A program made the translations under genes and the position numbers. The notes under the pieces are model-generated. The model did no database searches. It saw only the letters and a list, made by a program, of their open reading frames with translations, and was not told the DNA's origin. Below, piece by piece: positions 54,225-63,823 of a DNA stretch of 64,000 bases. Source of the DNA: Candidatus Omnitrophota bacterium (GTDB taxonomy: Bacteria; Omnitrophota; Gorgyraeia; Duberdicusellales; 4484-171); NCBI GenBank assembly GCA_003154195.1, contig PMCS01000029.1:24142-88141 (forward strand). Reading direction: 5' to 3'. How positions within the stretch are numbered: position 1 is the first letter of the stretch; each line of letters starts with the position of its first letter.

Positions 54225-55478
54225 TTATAAGGATTCAAGGAAAGCTTTAAGTTTCTTTTCCTCGCCCACATCTAAAGGAAAATAATACTTTTTCTTTGTG
54301 CCGTAATCCTGCGCGACATAACCTCCCTGGTCACCCCTCTGATAATCATGAGGATATTGATAATCCTTGGCATGGGTTTTAATATGGCCGGGAACTTCTC
54401 TGGTATTCTCGTTCTCCACATCCGCTAACGCCGCTCCGATTGCTTTAGCAGCGGAATTGGATTTAGGCGAACAGGCTAAATATATCGTAGTTTGCGCCAA
54501 AATCAGGTTGGCCTCCGGCATCCCCACAAATTCCACGGCATTAAAACAACTCGCCGCCATCACCAGACCGAACGGATTGGCGTTGCCGATATCCTCGGCG
54601 GCTAAAATCACCAGCCTCCGGGCGATAAACCGCGGGTCTTCGCCGCCGGTAAGCATCTTGGCCAGCCAATATAAGGCGCTATCCACGCTGGAGCCTCTTA
54701 CCGATTTTATAAAAGCTGAGATTGTATCATAATGATAATCGTCTTTCTTATCATAAAAAATATTCTTCTGGATACTTTCCTTTACCACTCCCATATCTAT
54801 TATAACTGTCCCGTCATTATCAACGGAAGTGCTCAATACCGCGACTTCCAGGCTGTTTAAAGCTTTTCGGGCGTCGCCGGAACTCATTACTACTAAATAC
54901 TTCAGCGCTTCTTCGGATATTTGCGTTTTGTGACCGCCCAGGCCGTTTTCTTTATCTCCCAGCGCTCGTTTTAACAGCGATAAAACCGCCTCATCGCTAA
55001 GCGGTTTAAACTGGCCGACAATCGAACGGGAAATCAAAGATTTAATCAGGTAATAATGGGGATTATAAATCGTCGCGCCGATAAAGATTATTCCGCCGCT
55101 TTCGGTATCCGGCACCAGCGCTTCCTGCTGGAGTTTATTAAACCGGTGGACTTCATCGATAAACAAAATCGTTTTACGGTTTTTTTCATTCAGTTTGCTT
55201 TTCGCCGCCGCTAAAATTTTCTTCACTTCCGCCGTCGAGGTAAACGCGGCATTTAAATATTCGAAGTCGGCTTCGATGTTGTTGGCAATAATCAAACCGA
55301 GGGTAGTTTTGCCGGTCCCCGGCGGCCCGTAAAAAATCAGCGAGGGAACTTTTTTCGCAATAATCACCCGGCGCAACAGCTTCCCTTCACCGAGGATGTG
55401 TTCCTGCCCCGCGAAATCTTCCAGAGTTTTCGGCCGCATGCGCACAGCCAGGGGTTCGTTGGAGTTTGTCGAATTCAT
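54225..55478 (-). CDS. rarA: replication-associated recombination protein A (RarA/MgsA AAA+ ATPase)
   Basis: LIFYGPPGTGKTTLG is the Walker A and ILFIDEVHRFNK the Walker B. The C-terminal MgsA tetramerisation region is present. Confidence 0.85.
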   Translation of the reverse strand: MNSTNSNEPLAVRMRPKTLEDFAGQEHILGEGKLLRRVIIAKKVPSLIFYGPPGTGKTTLGLIIANNIEADFEYLNAAFTSTAEVKKILAAAKSKLNEKNRKTILFIDEVHRFNKLQQEALVPDTESGGIIFIGATIYNPHYYLIKSLISRSIVGQFKPLSDEAVLSLLKRALGDKENGLGGHKTQISEEALKYLVVMSSGDARKALNSLEVAVLSTSVDNDGTVIIDMGVVKESIQKNIFYDKKDDYHYDTISAFIKSVRGSSVDSALYWLAKMLTGGEDPRFIARRLVILAAEDIGNANPFGLVMAASCFNAVEFVGMPEANLILAQTTIYLACSPKSNSAAKAIGAALADVENENTREVPGHIKTHAKDYQYPHDYQRGDQGGYVAQDYGTKKKYYFPLDVGEEKKLKAFLESL

Positions 55479-55724
55479 TTTAAATTTACTAATTATACCG
55501 CGGTTTTATTAAATGGGGTAGGGATTCCAGGGAATAAAAGATAAGTGTGGTTGTATCCGCCATAATTCATCGACGGATTATTTAGTGTTCTATATTTAGC
55601 CCAAAAAATTCAACCGCCCTTTTATAATTGCAGCCATATATATCCGCCCCAGAGTCGTCGGCGGATTATTTTCCCCGCAAGGAATAAGCCTATATAACTG
55701 CGGGGAAAATAAAAAAACCCTGCC

Positions 55725-56150
55725 GTAAGTACGTAGCGGGCAAGTAGACCTACAGCAATTCTCACGCAAGTGGGTACCCTATCAACGGCTTTACGCCGAG
55801 GAAATCAGGCTCCCTATTAAGTATTTGGCTGTAATACTTAAAGCCCGCTTCGATACAGGCAGGGTTGTTGTTAACGCCGTTATGTATCCAAGCGCGATCA
55901 TGTTATCCAATTATATTAAGAGCGTTTCTACTTTTGTTATAACACTTTTTCCAAATTTGGCAAGAAAAAAATAATGAGACTTATCCAGCGCTAATTTAAA
56001 AATGAAATTAGTGCTGGATGTAGTCGGATTACCCCGGAACGAAGCGGAGGGGTAACACTCGAAAAACCTAATAGATACAAGGGTTTTTATGGTTATGCAA
56101 AAAATATTTTGAGTGAAAACCGGCAGGATAGGGGGGTATCAACCCCTGCT
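55725..56150 (+). ncRNA. rnpB: candidate RNase P RNA (rnpB), bacterial type, tentative
   Basis: It lies in a 1.2 kb ORF-free stretch. Spaced matches to rnpB conserved blocks are present: GAGGAAAUCAGGCUCC (cf. GAGGAAAGUCCGGGCUCC, P4 5' strand) at about 55796, then a hairpin insertion, then ACAGGCAGGGUUGUUGUUAACGCC (cf. AUAGGGCAGGGUGCCAGGUAACGCC), then CCCCGGAACGAAGCGGAGGGG (cf. CACCCGGAGCAAGG), then GUGAAAACCGGCAGG (cf. ACAGAACCCGGCUUA, P4 3' strand) at about 56110. P4 complementarity is imperfect, so this is tentative. Confidence 0.3.
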
Positions 56151-56700
56151 CGTAAACCGCCCCAAAAATTTCTTCGATATTTTTGGGGCACTCGCGGGGT
56201 AAGTGCGGCTAAGCTCCGAAAAATCGGAGTTAAGCCGCACTAAATAAAAAAACCCCGCTTTGAGTCCGTCCAGGAATTTCGCGTTCAGTCTCTCGTTCAA
56301 GGTGGGAGCTCCATAGCTCCCAAACAATGTATTTGGCTGAAGCGTCTTACCCGTAAACGCGACAAGCAGGGTTTTTTAGCGCTTTAGTTTAAGTATCCGG
56401 TGAAATGTAAAGAACGATTTTCCCTCTTCCCTTTCTTCAACGTATTTATAACATTTATTCCCGCACGTTACAAGGCTCCAGGCGCCCTGGAATGTAAACG
56501 TTTTCCGATTTACCTGCGAACCGTAAATGTGCACCGAAGCTCCGCGGCCCTACCGGCGTGGCCCTTTGGTGCGTGGATAAAATTAATAACACATGTGGAA
56601 AATAATGTTATGGAAAAATGCAGCGATAGTATTTTTAAAAATAAGCTGCATTTTTAATTTTTAATCGGAAAACGCTTTGGTTCTTAAAAGTGTTTTCCGA

Positions 56701-58704
56701 TTAACGCAGGGTTATACCGTTGATTTTGCTTAAGGTATCGCGCAATAATTGGTGGGAAGAATCTACTTCTTCAGAGGTTAAAGTCCTGTCGGCAGCCTGA
56801 TAAAAAACTCTTAAAGTAAAAGCGGCGCAATCGGGAGGGATGTTTTTCCCCCGATAAATATCCACGACTTTATAGCTGCAAAGTTCCCGTCCGACGCCTT
56901 TTACGGCTTTTTCTACACCGCTGAATTTAATCTTGTTTTGGGCTAAAATGCTGATATCCCGCCATACGGCAGGATAGGGGCTGAATGGTTTATAAGTCTT
57001 ATCCCGCCTTAAATCCAAAAGTGTATTTAAGTCAAATTGCGCGAAATAAAGGTTTTCTTTTAAATCAAATTCTTTTCTTATCTTTTCGTCAAGCTTGCCC
57101 AAGAACCCCGCTGGTTTTCCGTCGGCGTAAACCTGAAGGGCATTGGTAAAATTATTTAATTCCGCTTCCTTAAATTCTAGTTGCGGCCGGTTAAGAAAAA
57201 TAAAAATCTCTTGTGTTGCTCTTTTCAAGTAGAAAAAATCTTCGTGGGAACCGCTGGCCGCAAGGCTAAGCGCGCCGGCCTCACGGAATCCGTTATCCGC
57301 GCGTTGATAAATGTTGGCCGTTTCGAAAAATCTCAATTTAGTCTGGCTGCGGTTCAAATTATGCCGCATCGCTTTAATCATCCCGGGAAGCAGGCTGGGC
57401 CGTAAAACATTTTCCTGGCTACGCATCGGGTTGCTTAAAGGCAGCGGGTCTTTTTCGCCGAGCCTTAAAAGCTCTTCGCCGCTCTCCAAGCTATAAGTGA
57501 TAATCTCTTTCAGCCCCAGGGAAGCAATAAAAACCCTTAATTCATTTTTAAACGCGTAAAACCGGCCCAAAGGGCCGGTTTTTAAAACCCGCTTTTCCGG
57601 AGAGATTAAAAAAGGAATCTTGGTTTTTATATTGTTATAACCATAAATACGGCTAAATTCCTCGTAAACGTCTACTTCCCGCTTAATGTCCAATCTTAGC
57701 GCCGGCGCCAACAATGAAATATTCCCCGCCGATTCCTTAGTCGTAGAAAACCCCAGGTTAGCCAGAATATTTTTCAGCTTCACGGGGGAAAATTCTTCAC
57801 CCAGATAACGGTTCATATGGGCGATATCGATCCGGACTGCCTGCCGCTTCACCAAAGGTTTTTTACCGGCCTGTTGGTAACCGGAAAAGGCGCCGGCACA
57901 CAATTGCCCGATTAAATCAGAGGCTTCCTGCGAAGCGCACTCAAGACAATCGGGGTGGACCATGCGTTCAAAACGATAACTTGAATCGGTATCCAAACCG
58001 ACAGCCCGGCGGGAACGCCGGACGACCACCGGCGAGAAAATCGCCGCTTCCAGAAATATATTTTTTGTGTTTTTATCGACCTCGGTATTTTTTCCACCGA
58101 TCACTCCGGCCAAAGCGATGGCTTTCCGGTCATCGGCGATGACTAAGTTTTCTCCCGACAAAACTCTCTCTTTTTCGTCTATCCCGATAAATTTTTCGCC
58201 GGTTTTAGCGCGGCGAATATATACATTGCCTTCTATTTTGTCTAAATCAAAAGCATGCAGGGGGTTACCCCACTTAAGCATGCAATAATTGGTAATGTCC
58301 ACGGCGTTGGAGATAGAATTAATCCCGCAGTGAGCAACTTTTTGCGCCAGGCCGGCCGACGAATCGGAAACCTTAACATCACGGACAATCCGGGCGATAT
58401 AAAACGGGCAATCGGAAATATTCTCGATGACAATCTTCCGGTCGCGGATTAACGGTTTTTTGATGAGCTCAACATGGGGTAAATTGAATTTTTTATGCGT
58501 GCAGGCGGCGATTTCTCCGGCAATGCCGACCAGAGACAGCCAATCATAGCGGTTGGTAGTAACTTCGATATCGAAAATCCAGTCATCTCCGGCTTGTTCG
58601 TAATGCTCTACCTCCATCCCGGCCATGGTCAGGACCTGGACCAATTCCTGGGGCGGCATCTCAATCGGGAATAATTCTTTGATAAAGTTTAGGCTGAATC
58701 TCAT
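56701..58704 (-). CDS. pheT: phenylalanine--tRNA ligase beta subunit
   Basis: MRFSLNFIKELFPIEMPPQELVQVLTMAGMEVEH is the N-terminal B-domain. B3/4, B5 and the C-terminal FDX-ACB domain follow. The protein is short (667 aa). A terminator hairpin lies at 56655..56695. Confidence 0.85.
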   Translation of the reverse strand: MRFSLNFIKELFPIEMPPQELVQVLTMAGMEVEHYEQAGDDWIFDIEVTTNRYDWLSLVGIAGEIAACTHKKFNLPHVELIKKPLIRDRKIVIENISDCPFYIARIVRDVKVSDSSAGLAQKVAHCGINSISNAVDITNYCMLKWGNPLHAFDLDKIEGNVYIRRAKTGEKFIGIDEKERVLSGENLVIADDRKAIALAGVIGGKNTEVDKNTKNIFLEAAIFSPVVVRRSRRAVGLDTDSSYRFERMVHPDCLECASQEASDLIGQLCAGAFSGYQQAGKKPLVKRQAVRIDIAHMNRYLGEEFSPVKLKNILANLGFSTTKESAGNISLLAPALRLDIKREVDVYEEFSRIYGYNNIKTKIPFLISPEKRVLKTGPLGRFYAFKNELRVFIASLGLKEIITYSLESGEELLRLGEKDPLPLSNPMRSQENVLRPSLLPGMIKAMRHNLNRSQTKLRFFETANIYQRADNGFREAGALSLAASGSHEDFFYLKRATQEIFIFLNRPQLEFKEAELNNFTNALQVYADGKPAGFLGKLDEKIRKEFDLKENLYFAQFDLNTLLDLRRDKTYKPFSPYPAVWRDISILAQNKIKFSGVEKAVKGVGRELCSYKVVDIYRGKNIPPDCAAFTLRVFYQAADRTLTSEEVDSSHQLLRDTLSKINGITLR

Positions 58705-58721
58705 TGTAAGTTTAACTCCCG

Positions 58722-58960
58722 GCGCTGATGATCGCTGATTAAAAGATGCTGATGATCACAGATAATTGAAAATCCCAAATTCCAATATCCAAATCCCAAA
58801 TAAATTCCAATATTCAAATTTCAGACTCCAAACAAAAAATTATTTGTTTCGGTAATTGGGTATTGGAATTTGGATATTATTTGGGATTTGGTATTTGTTA
58901 TTTGGAATTTCATCGTCTTATCAGCGATCATCTGTTTCTTCTCATCTGTGATCATCTGCG
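58722..58960. repeat. long AT-rich palindromic element upstream of pheT, related to the element at 60018..60160
   Basis: The outer arms CGCTGATTAAAAGATGCTGATGATCACAGATAAT / TTATCAGCGATCATCTG...TGTGATCATCTGCG are shared with 60018..60160. The inner arms (ATCCCAAATTCCAATATCCAAATCCCAAATAAATTCC / GGTATTGGAATTTGGATATTATTTGGGATTTGG) are inverted repeats. Confidence 0.65.
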
Positions 58961-58962
58961 TA

Positions 58963-60000
58963 TTAAAATTGCTCTAAGAATTTAACGTCATTCTCGGTAA
59001 ACAACCGAATATCGTCGATGCCGTATTTAAGCATGGCCGGCCGCTCCACGCCCATGCCAAAGGCAAACCCCTGGTATTTACTGGAATCAATCCCGCAAAA
59101 TTCAAGGACATGGGGATGAATCATGCCGCAGCCCAGAATCTCCAGCCACCCTTTGCCTTTACAGACACTGCACTTTTTCTCGCCCCGCACGTTGCCGGAG
59201 CACTTAAAACATGACACGTCCACTTCCGCCGACGGCTCGGTAAAAGGAAAAAAATGCGGCCGAAAACGCAGGCGGGCGTCACCGCTAAAAAATTCCCGCG
59301 CGAAATAAAATAAAACACCTTTTAAATGGCTGAAATTAATCTCCCTGTCCACGGCAAACCCTTCGATCTGGTGGAACATGAACGAATGCGTCGCGTCGAC
59401 TTCATCGGGCCGGTAAACCCTGCCGGGAGAAATTACCGCCAGCGGCGGCTTATTTTCCTCCATCACGCGTATTTGTGACGGCGAAGTATGACAGCGCAAA
59501 AGATGTTTGCCTTTTTCAGGGTCAACCGGCGGGATGTTCAGGTAAAACGTGTCGAAAGCATCGCGGGAAGGATGGTCGCCGGGAAAATTAAGGGCGGTAA
59601 AATTATGCCACTCGTCTTCAATCTCCGCTCCTTCAATAATGTCAAAACCTAATCTTTCGAAAATCGCGCAGATTTCCTGGTTAACCCGGCTTAAAATATG
59701 CAGGGAACCTTTATCGCCGGACGAAGCGGGAAAAGTTAAATCAAATTTTTCCTCGGATGATTGCGAACCTTTTAATTTTTCATCGAGGCAGGAAGTAATT
59801 TTCTGCTTAAGGATATTGAGGTTTCTACCGGCGCGCGCCTTCTCTTCTTTATTTAAAGAAACTATCCCGGCGAATAAATCATTTAAGCTCGATTTCCTGC
59901 CCAGGTACCTTACCCTTAAAAATTCTATATCCTGAGCGGTAACGGCATTCTTGATATCTTCATTGAATCGCGCTTCTAGGTTCTTAATATCATTATCCAT
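58963..60000 (-). CDS. pheS: phenylalanine--tRNA ligase alpha subunit
   Basis: It has class II aaRS motifs 2 and 3 (FRPHFFPFTEPSAEVDV and GFAFGMGVERPAML). It also carries a Cys-rich zinc-ribbon-like insertion (CFKCSGN...CSVCKGKGW). Confidence 0.9.
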   Translation of the reverse strand: MDNDIKNLEARFNEDIKNAVTAQDIEFLRVRYLGRKSSLNDLFAGIVSLNKEEKARAGRNLNILKQKITSCLDEKLKGSQSSEEKFDLTFPASSGDKGSLHILSRVNQEICAIFERLGFDIIEGAEIEDEWHNFTALNFPGDHPSRDAFDTFYLNIPPVDPEKGKHLLRCHTSPSQIRVMEENKPPLAVISPGRVYRPDEVDATHSFMFHQIEGFAVDREINFSHLKGVLFYFAREFFSGDARLRFRPHFFPFTEPSAEVDVSCFKCSGNVRGEKKCSVCKGKGWLEILGCGMIHPHVLEFCGIDSSKYQGFAFGMGVERPAMLKYGIDDIRLFTENDVKFLEQF

Positions 60001-60017
60001 ATATTTTTTATACGCGG

Positions 60018-60160
60018 ATAATCGCTGATTGGAGGATGCCGATGATCACAGATAATAGAAAATATTAAGATTCCTAACAAAATAATGTTTGTTTTGGGCC
60101 GTAGGATTTCATTATTTTATCAGTGATCATCTGTATCTTTTAATCCGTGACCATCTGCGA
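60018..60160. repeat. palindromic element upstream of pheS, shorter relative of 58722..58960
   Basis: CGCTGATTGGAGGATGCCGATGATCACAGATAAT...TTATCAGTGATCATCTGTATC...CCGTGACCATCTGCG. Confidence 0.6.
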
Positions 60161-60502
60161 CTATTTAATGGTCTCGATTATTTTGTCGAAAACCCGAGGC
60201 TCTTCCGCGGCGATTTTTGCTAAAATATCCCGGGAGAGAATTACGTTTTTTAATTTAAGCCGGTGTATCAAATCCCGGTAGCTTAAGCCATGCTCCTTGG
60301 CTGCCGCGCCGATGCGGGTAATCCACAGGGATCGAAATTCCCGCTTTTTTGCCCTACGATCACGATAGGCATAAACGAGCGCGCGTCTTCTGGTCTCTTT
60401 GACGCGGCGTATATTCTTGGAACGTTTAAGAAAATATCCTTTGGCCGATTTGATTAATTTTTTTCTTCTTGCCCGCGAAGCTACTTTATTACGCGCTCTC
60501 AT
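60161..60502 (-). CDS. rplT: 50S ribosomal protein L20
   Basis: MRARNKVASRARRKKLIKSAKGYFLKRSK...YAYRDRRAKKREFRSLWITRI is the L20 signature. Confidence 0.9.
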   Translation of the reverse strand: MRARNKVASRARRKKLIKSAKGYFLKRSKNIRRVKETRRRALVYAYRDRRAKKREFRSLWITRIGAAAKEHGLSYRDLIHRLKLKNVILSRDILAKIAAEEPRVFDKIIETIK

Positions 60503-60771
60503 GTTTTATCTCCTTATGTTTTTTTACTTCGTAAAAAAACATTTGCCTCCGCTTACGCGGATATGTTATAAAAAATCCGAACCCTTAAATGATTACAAAA
60601 AATTGCCTGTTTTTATATTTTCCCTTTGTTCCCATAATTATCAACCCATAAAGGGAAAGTATGCCCGCCACAAATATAAATATTTAGGCGGGTCCGCCTT
60701 AGGCGGAAAAACCGCAGGTTTTCATTCAGCTAATTAAAAGCTAATTTTACCGCAGAAAAATTAGCTTTTAA

Positions 60772-60969
60772 TTAGGCGTAAGGTAGGGCGGCCCTGATCA
60801 TTTTAAATTCGACTTTGTCGATCGTCCCTTTTTTCCTTAAATTTCTTTTCCTCTTCTCCGACCTGCCGCTCAACAGATGCCGGCGGCCTGCCTTAGAATA
60901 TACCGCTTTACCTTTTTTAGTAATCCTGAACCTTTTCGCTACAGATTTTTTTGTTTTTAGTTTCGGCAT
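60772..60969 (-). CDS. rpmI: 50S ribosomal protein L35
   Basis: MPKLKTKKSVAKRFRITKKGKAVYSKAGRRHLL is the L35 signature. Confidence 0.9.
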   Translation of the reverse strand: MPKLKTKKSVAKRFRITKKGKAVYSKAGRRHLLSGRSEKRKRNLRKKGTIDKVEFKMIRAALPYA

Positions 60970-61054
60970 GTTGACTCCTTTTATTTTTTGCTGCGCAAAA
61001 AATAACTGCCACCCGCCTCTGCGGATGGAAAAAGACGAAAAAATTACTTTTTAT

Positions 61055-61558
61055 TTATTTTGGGCCTAAAATCAACACCATCGTCCTTCCCAGCATTATC
61101 GCTTGTTTATCGATCTTCCCGACTTTTTCCACATCCTGCAGCAATTTCCCGATTAATCTATCGCCGATATCCCTATGAGCGATTTCCCTTCCCCGGAACA
61201 TCATTCTTATCTTCACTTTGTGTTTTTTTTCTAAAAACTCTCTTATATGATTTAATTTGATTTGGTAATCGTGATTATCGATCCTCGGGCTGATGCGCAT
61301 CTCTTTTAATTGCGTCTGCTTCTGATGCTTCCGGGCTTCCCTTTCTTTTTTTTCCTGTTCATAGCGGAATTTAGCGAAATCCATTATCCGGCACACCGGC
61401 GGATTTCCTTCCGGCGCGACCTCGACTAAATCCAGTTCAAACTCTTCGGCTTTCTTCAGCGCTAAATCCCGCGGAAACACCCCCAGTTGTTGGCCGTCGG
61501 GGCCGATCACGCGCATGGTCTTGGCAAAAATCCTTTCGTTTATTCTTACATATCTCAC
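61055..61558 (-). CDS. infC: translation initiation factor IF-3
   Basis: INERIFAKTMRVIGPDGQQLGV...FELDLVEVAPEGNPPVCRIMDFAKFRYEQEKK...KEMRISPRIDNHDYQIKLNHIREFL gives the IF3 N- and C-domains. It has an apparent GTG start with an AAGGAGG ribosome-binding site 9 nt upstream. Non-AUG starts are typical of infC. Confidence 0.85.
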   Translation of the reverse strand: MRYVRINERIFAKTMRVIGPDGQQLGVFPRDLALKKAEEFELDLVEVAPEGNPPVCRIMDFAKFRYEQEKKEREARKHQKQTQLKEMRISPRIDNHDYQIKLNHIREFLEKKHKVKIRMMFRGREIAHRDIGDRLIGKLLQDVEKVGKIDKQAIMLGRTMVLILGPK

Positions 61559-61671
61559 TAGCGCATACCTCCTTTGCTGAGCAGAAGATTCACAAATTTT
61601 TACCGGAATTTGTAAATCATACCCCTGACATTAGTGCTGTAGCGCAGCAAACTTGCCAAGGGGCCTGCGAA

Positions 61672-63393
61672 TTAACTTTCCGCCTTTAATCTCGCGACAA
61701 AATCCGCGACGCTCATCACCCCTATATTTTCCATCCCCCGCCGGCGGATAGATACGGTTTTATTTTCTTTTTCTTTCTTGCCGATAACAACCATATAGGG
61801 TATTTTAAGCATCTCTTTCTCTCTTATTTTTTTCTGTAAAGTTTCTCCGCTTAAATCAAGTTCTACCCGGAAATTATCTTTCTCTAAGATACTCTTGACC
61901 GCAGCGGCATAATCGGCTACTTCGGCCGTAATATTTAAAATACTGATCTGCACCGGAGCAAGCCAGAGAGGAAATCTTCCGGCGTAATGCTCGATAAGAA
62001 CACCCATGAACCGTTCCAGCGACCCCAGCAAAGCCCGGTGAATCATATACGGCTGTTTGTGCGTGTTGTCGGAATCATTATAGGAGAGTTCGAATAGTTT
62101 CGGCAAATTGAAATCGAATTGTATCGTAGAACACTGCCATTCACGGTCAAGGGCATCTTTAATCTTAATGTCTATCTTGGGCCCGTAAAACGCCCCTCCG
62201 CCTTCATCCATTTCGCATTCGAGGTTCTCGGCCTTAACCGCTTCTTGCAGCGCCGCGGTAGCTTCTTTCCATTGCGTCTCGTCCCCGACAAATTTTTCTT
62301 TTGGCTTTGTCGCCAGGTAAACTTTAAAAGACTCGAAGCCGAAAGATTTCAACATGAATAAACAAAATTTAAGTACATTGCGTATTTCCCCGGGCATCTG
62401 GTCCGGCCGGCAGATAATGTGCGCGTCATCCTGGGTAAAGCCCCGCACGCGCAGCAGGCCATGCAATACGCCGCTTTTTTCATACCGGTAAACCGTACCC
62501 AGCTCCGCCCAACGCAAAGGCAGCTCGCGATAAGAATGAGCGTGCTTCTTATACATCATAAGATGAAAAGGACAATTCATCGGTTTAACAAAATATTCCT
62601 GTTTATCGATTTCCATCGGCGCGTACATATTTTCCCTGTAAAAATCAAGATGGCCACTGGTCTGCCAGAGGCCGGCACGGCCCAGATGTGGCGTATAAAC
62701 AATTTCATAGCCGTTTTTATAATGCTGCTGGCGCCAAAAATCCTCGATGATCGTGCGCAGCCTGCCGCCTTTAGGATGCCAGAGGATCAAACCCGGGCCG
62801 ACATCTTCACAGACCGAATACAAATCCAGCTCCTGCCCAAGTTTGCGATGGTCGCGTTTTTTTGCCTCTTCTAATATTTTCAGGTAATTTTCCAATTCCT
62901 CTTTGCTGGGGAATGCCGTTCCGTAAATACGGACCAGCTGGGGATTGGAATCGATACCCCGCCAATAGGCTCCTGATGTTGAGAGAATCTTAAAATATTT
63001 GACTTCACCCGTTGACCCCACATGCGGTCCCCGGCAAAGATCGGTAAAATCGGCATGCCGGTAAATCGATACGACTGGCGTATTTAAACCTTTTATCAAC
63101 TCTACTTTATATTTTTCGCCTGCTTTTTCGAATAAGGCAATTGCCCCGCCGGAACTTATTTCTTCACGTTGAAAAGGCGAATTTTCGGCGACGATATCCC
63201 GCATGAGCTTTTCTATCTTTGCCAAATCATCTTCCTTAAAACCTCCGGCTATTTCGAAATCATAGTAGAATCCATTCTCGATCGCCGGCCCAATCCCGAG
63301 CTTCGCCTGGGGATAGAGCCGCTTCACGGCGCTGGCCATGATATGGGAACAGGAATGCCGTAAAATTTCTAACGAAAATTTATTACTTTCCAT
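61672..63393 (-). CDS. thrS: threonine--tRNA ligase lacking the N-terminal TGS domain
   Basis: RHSCSHIMASAVKRL starts in the N2 editing-domain HxxxH region. Class II motifs are FYGPKIDIKIKDALDREWQCSTIQFDFNLP and HRALLGSLERFMGVLIEH, followed by an anticodon-binding domain. At 573 aa it is shorter than the usual roughly 640. Confidence 0.9.
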   Translation of the reverse strand: MESNKFSLEILRHSCSHIMASAVKRLYPQAKLGIGPAIENGFYYDFEIAGGFKEDDLAKIEKLMRDIVAENSPFQREEISSGGAIALFEKAGEKYKVELIKGLNTPVVSIYRHADFTDLCRGPHVGSTGEVKYFKILSTSGAYWRGIDSNPQLVRIYGTAFPSKEELENYLKILEEAKKRDHRKLGQELDLYSVCEDVGPGLILWHPKGGRLRTIIEDFWRQQHYKNGYEIVYTPHLGRAGLWQTSGHLDFYRENMYAPMEIDKQEYFVKPMNCPFHLMMYKKHAHSYRELPLRWAELGTVYRYEKSGVLHGLLRVRGFTQDDAHIICRPDQMPGEIRNVLKFCLFMLKSFGFESFKVYLATKPKEKFVGDETQWKEATAALQEAVKAENLECEMDEGGGAFYGPKIDIKIKDALDREWQCSTIQFDFNLPKLFELSYNDSDNTHKQPYMIHRALLGSLERFMGVLIEHYAGRFPLWLAPVQISILNITAEVADYAAAVKSILEKDNFRVELDLSGETLQKKIREKEMLKIPYMVVIGKKEKENKTVSIRRRGMENIGVMSVADFVARLKAES

Positions 63394-63823
63394 AAAATTC
63401 TTTAATCGCTTTTTGTAAATTGGAACGTGTCGCTACCACAAGCTTTATGCTGCAACCGGCTACGCTTTCTAAATTACCGATTAATTCGAAATCAGTGGGG
63501 TCAAACACGGCTACCGTCAATGATGATAAATCACGGCAAAGCGCCAGCGCATTGCGCCGCGCGGCAAATTCATAGGGGATAAGCTCTTCTAAATTTTCCT
63601 CGGGGATAGGATATAAACGGTTATCTTCCGGACGGATAAAGGCAAGGTTATATTCGCGGCTTAAAAATCCGGCGATCACCTCTTCTTTAACATGGCCGTA
63701 ATCAACCATTAACTCAATAATACTTTTGCGTTCCTTTTTTTGCGCTTGCGTGATTTCTTCCAGCTGCGCTTGCGTGATTAAACGTTCCTGGAGAAGTCTA
63801 TTTTCCAAACGGCTTAGTGTCAT
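63383..63823 (-). CDS. second stand-alone T2SSE_N / MshEN-domain protein
   Basis: LLQERLITQAQLEEITQAQKKERKSIIELMVDYGHVKEEVIAGFLSREYNLAFIRPEDNRLYPIPEENLEELIPYEFAARRNALALCRDLSSLTVAVFDPTDFELIGNLESVAGCSIKLVVATRSNLQKAIKEFYG matches the MshEN-type GSPII_E N-terminal domain across its full length. It overlaps thrS by 11 nt. Confidence 0.6.
   Translation of the reverse strand: MTLSRLENRLLQERLITQAQLEEITQAQKKERKSIIELMVDYGHVKEEVIAGFLSREYNLAFIRPEDNRLYPIPEENLEELIPYEFAARRNALALCRDLSSLTVAVFDPTDFELIGNLESVAGCSIKLVVATRSNLQKAIKEFYGK

Noticed and set aside
55479-56700. tmRNA or a tRNA in the ORF-free stretch
   Set aside because: There is no GGGG...UUCGAC 5' motif, no tRNA-like T-arm (GGTTCGAATCC-type) or CCA-proximal acceptor, and no recognisable tag-peptide reading frame. 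Only RNase P-like blocks were found, and those tentatively.
60001-60160. T-box riboswitch leader upstream of pheS or thrS
   Set aside because: No T-box consensus (AGGGUGGNACCGCG) or specifier/antiterminator architecture was seen. The pheS upstream element is a DNA-level palindromic repeat that is shared with the pheT upstream region.
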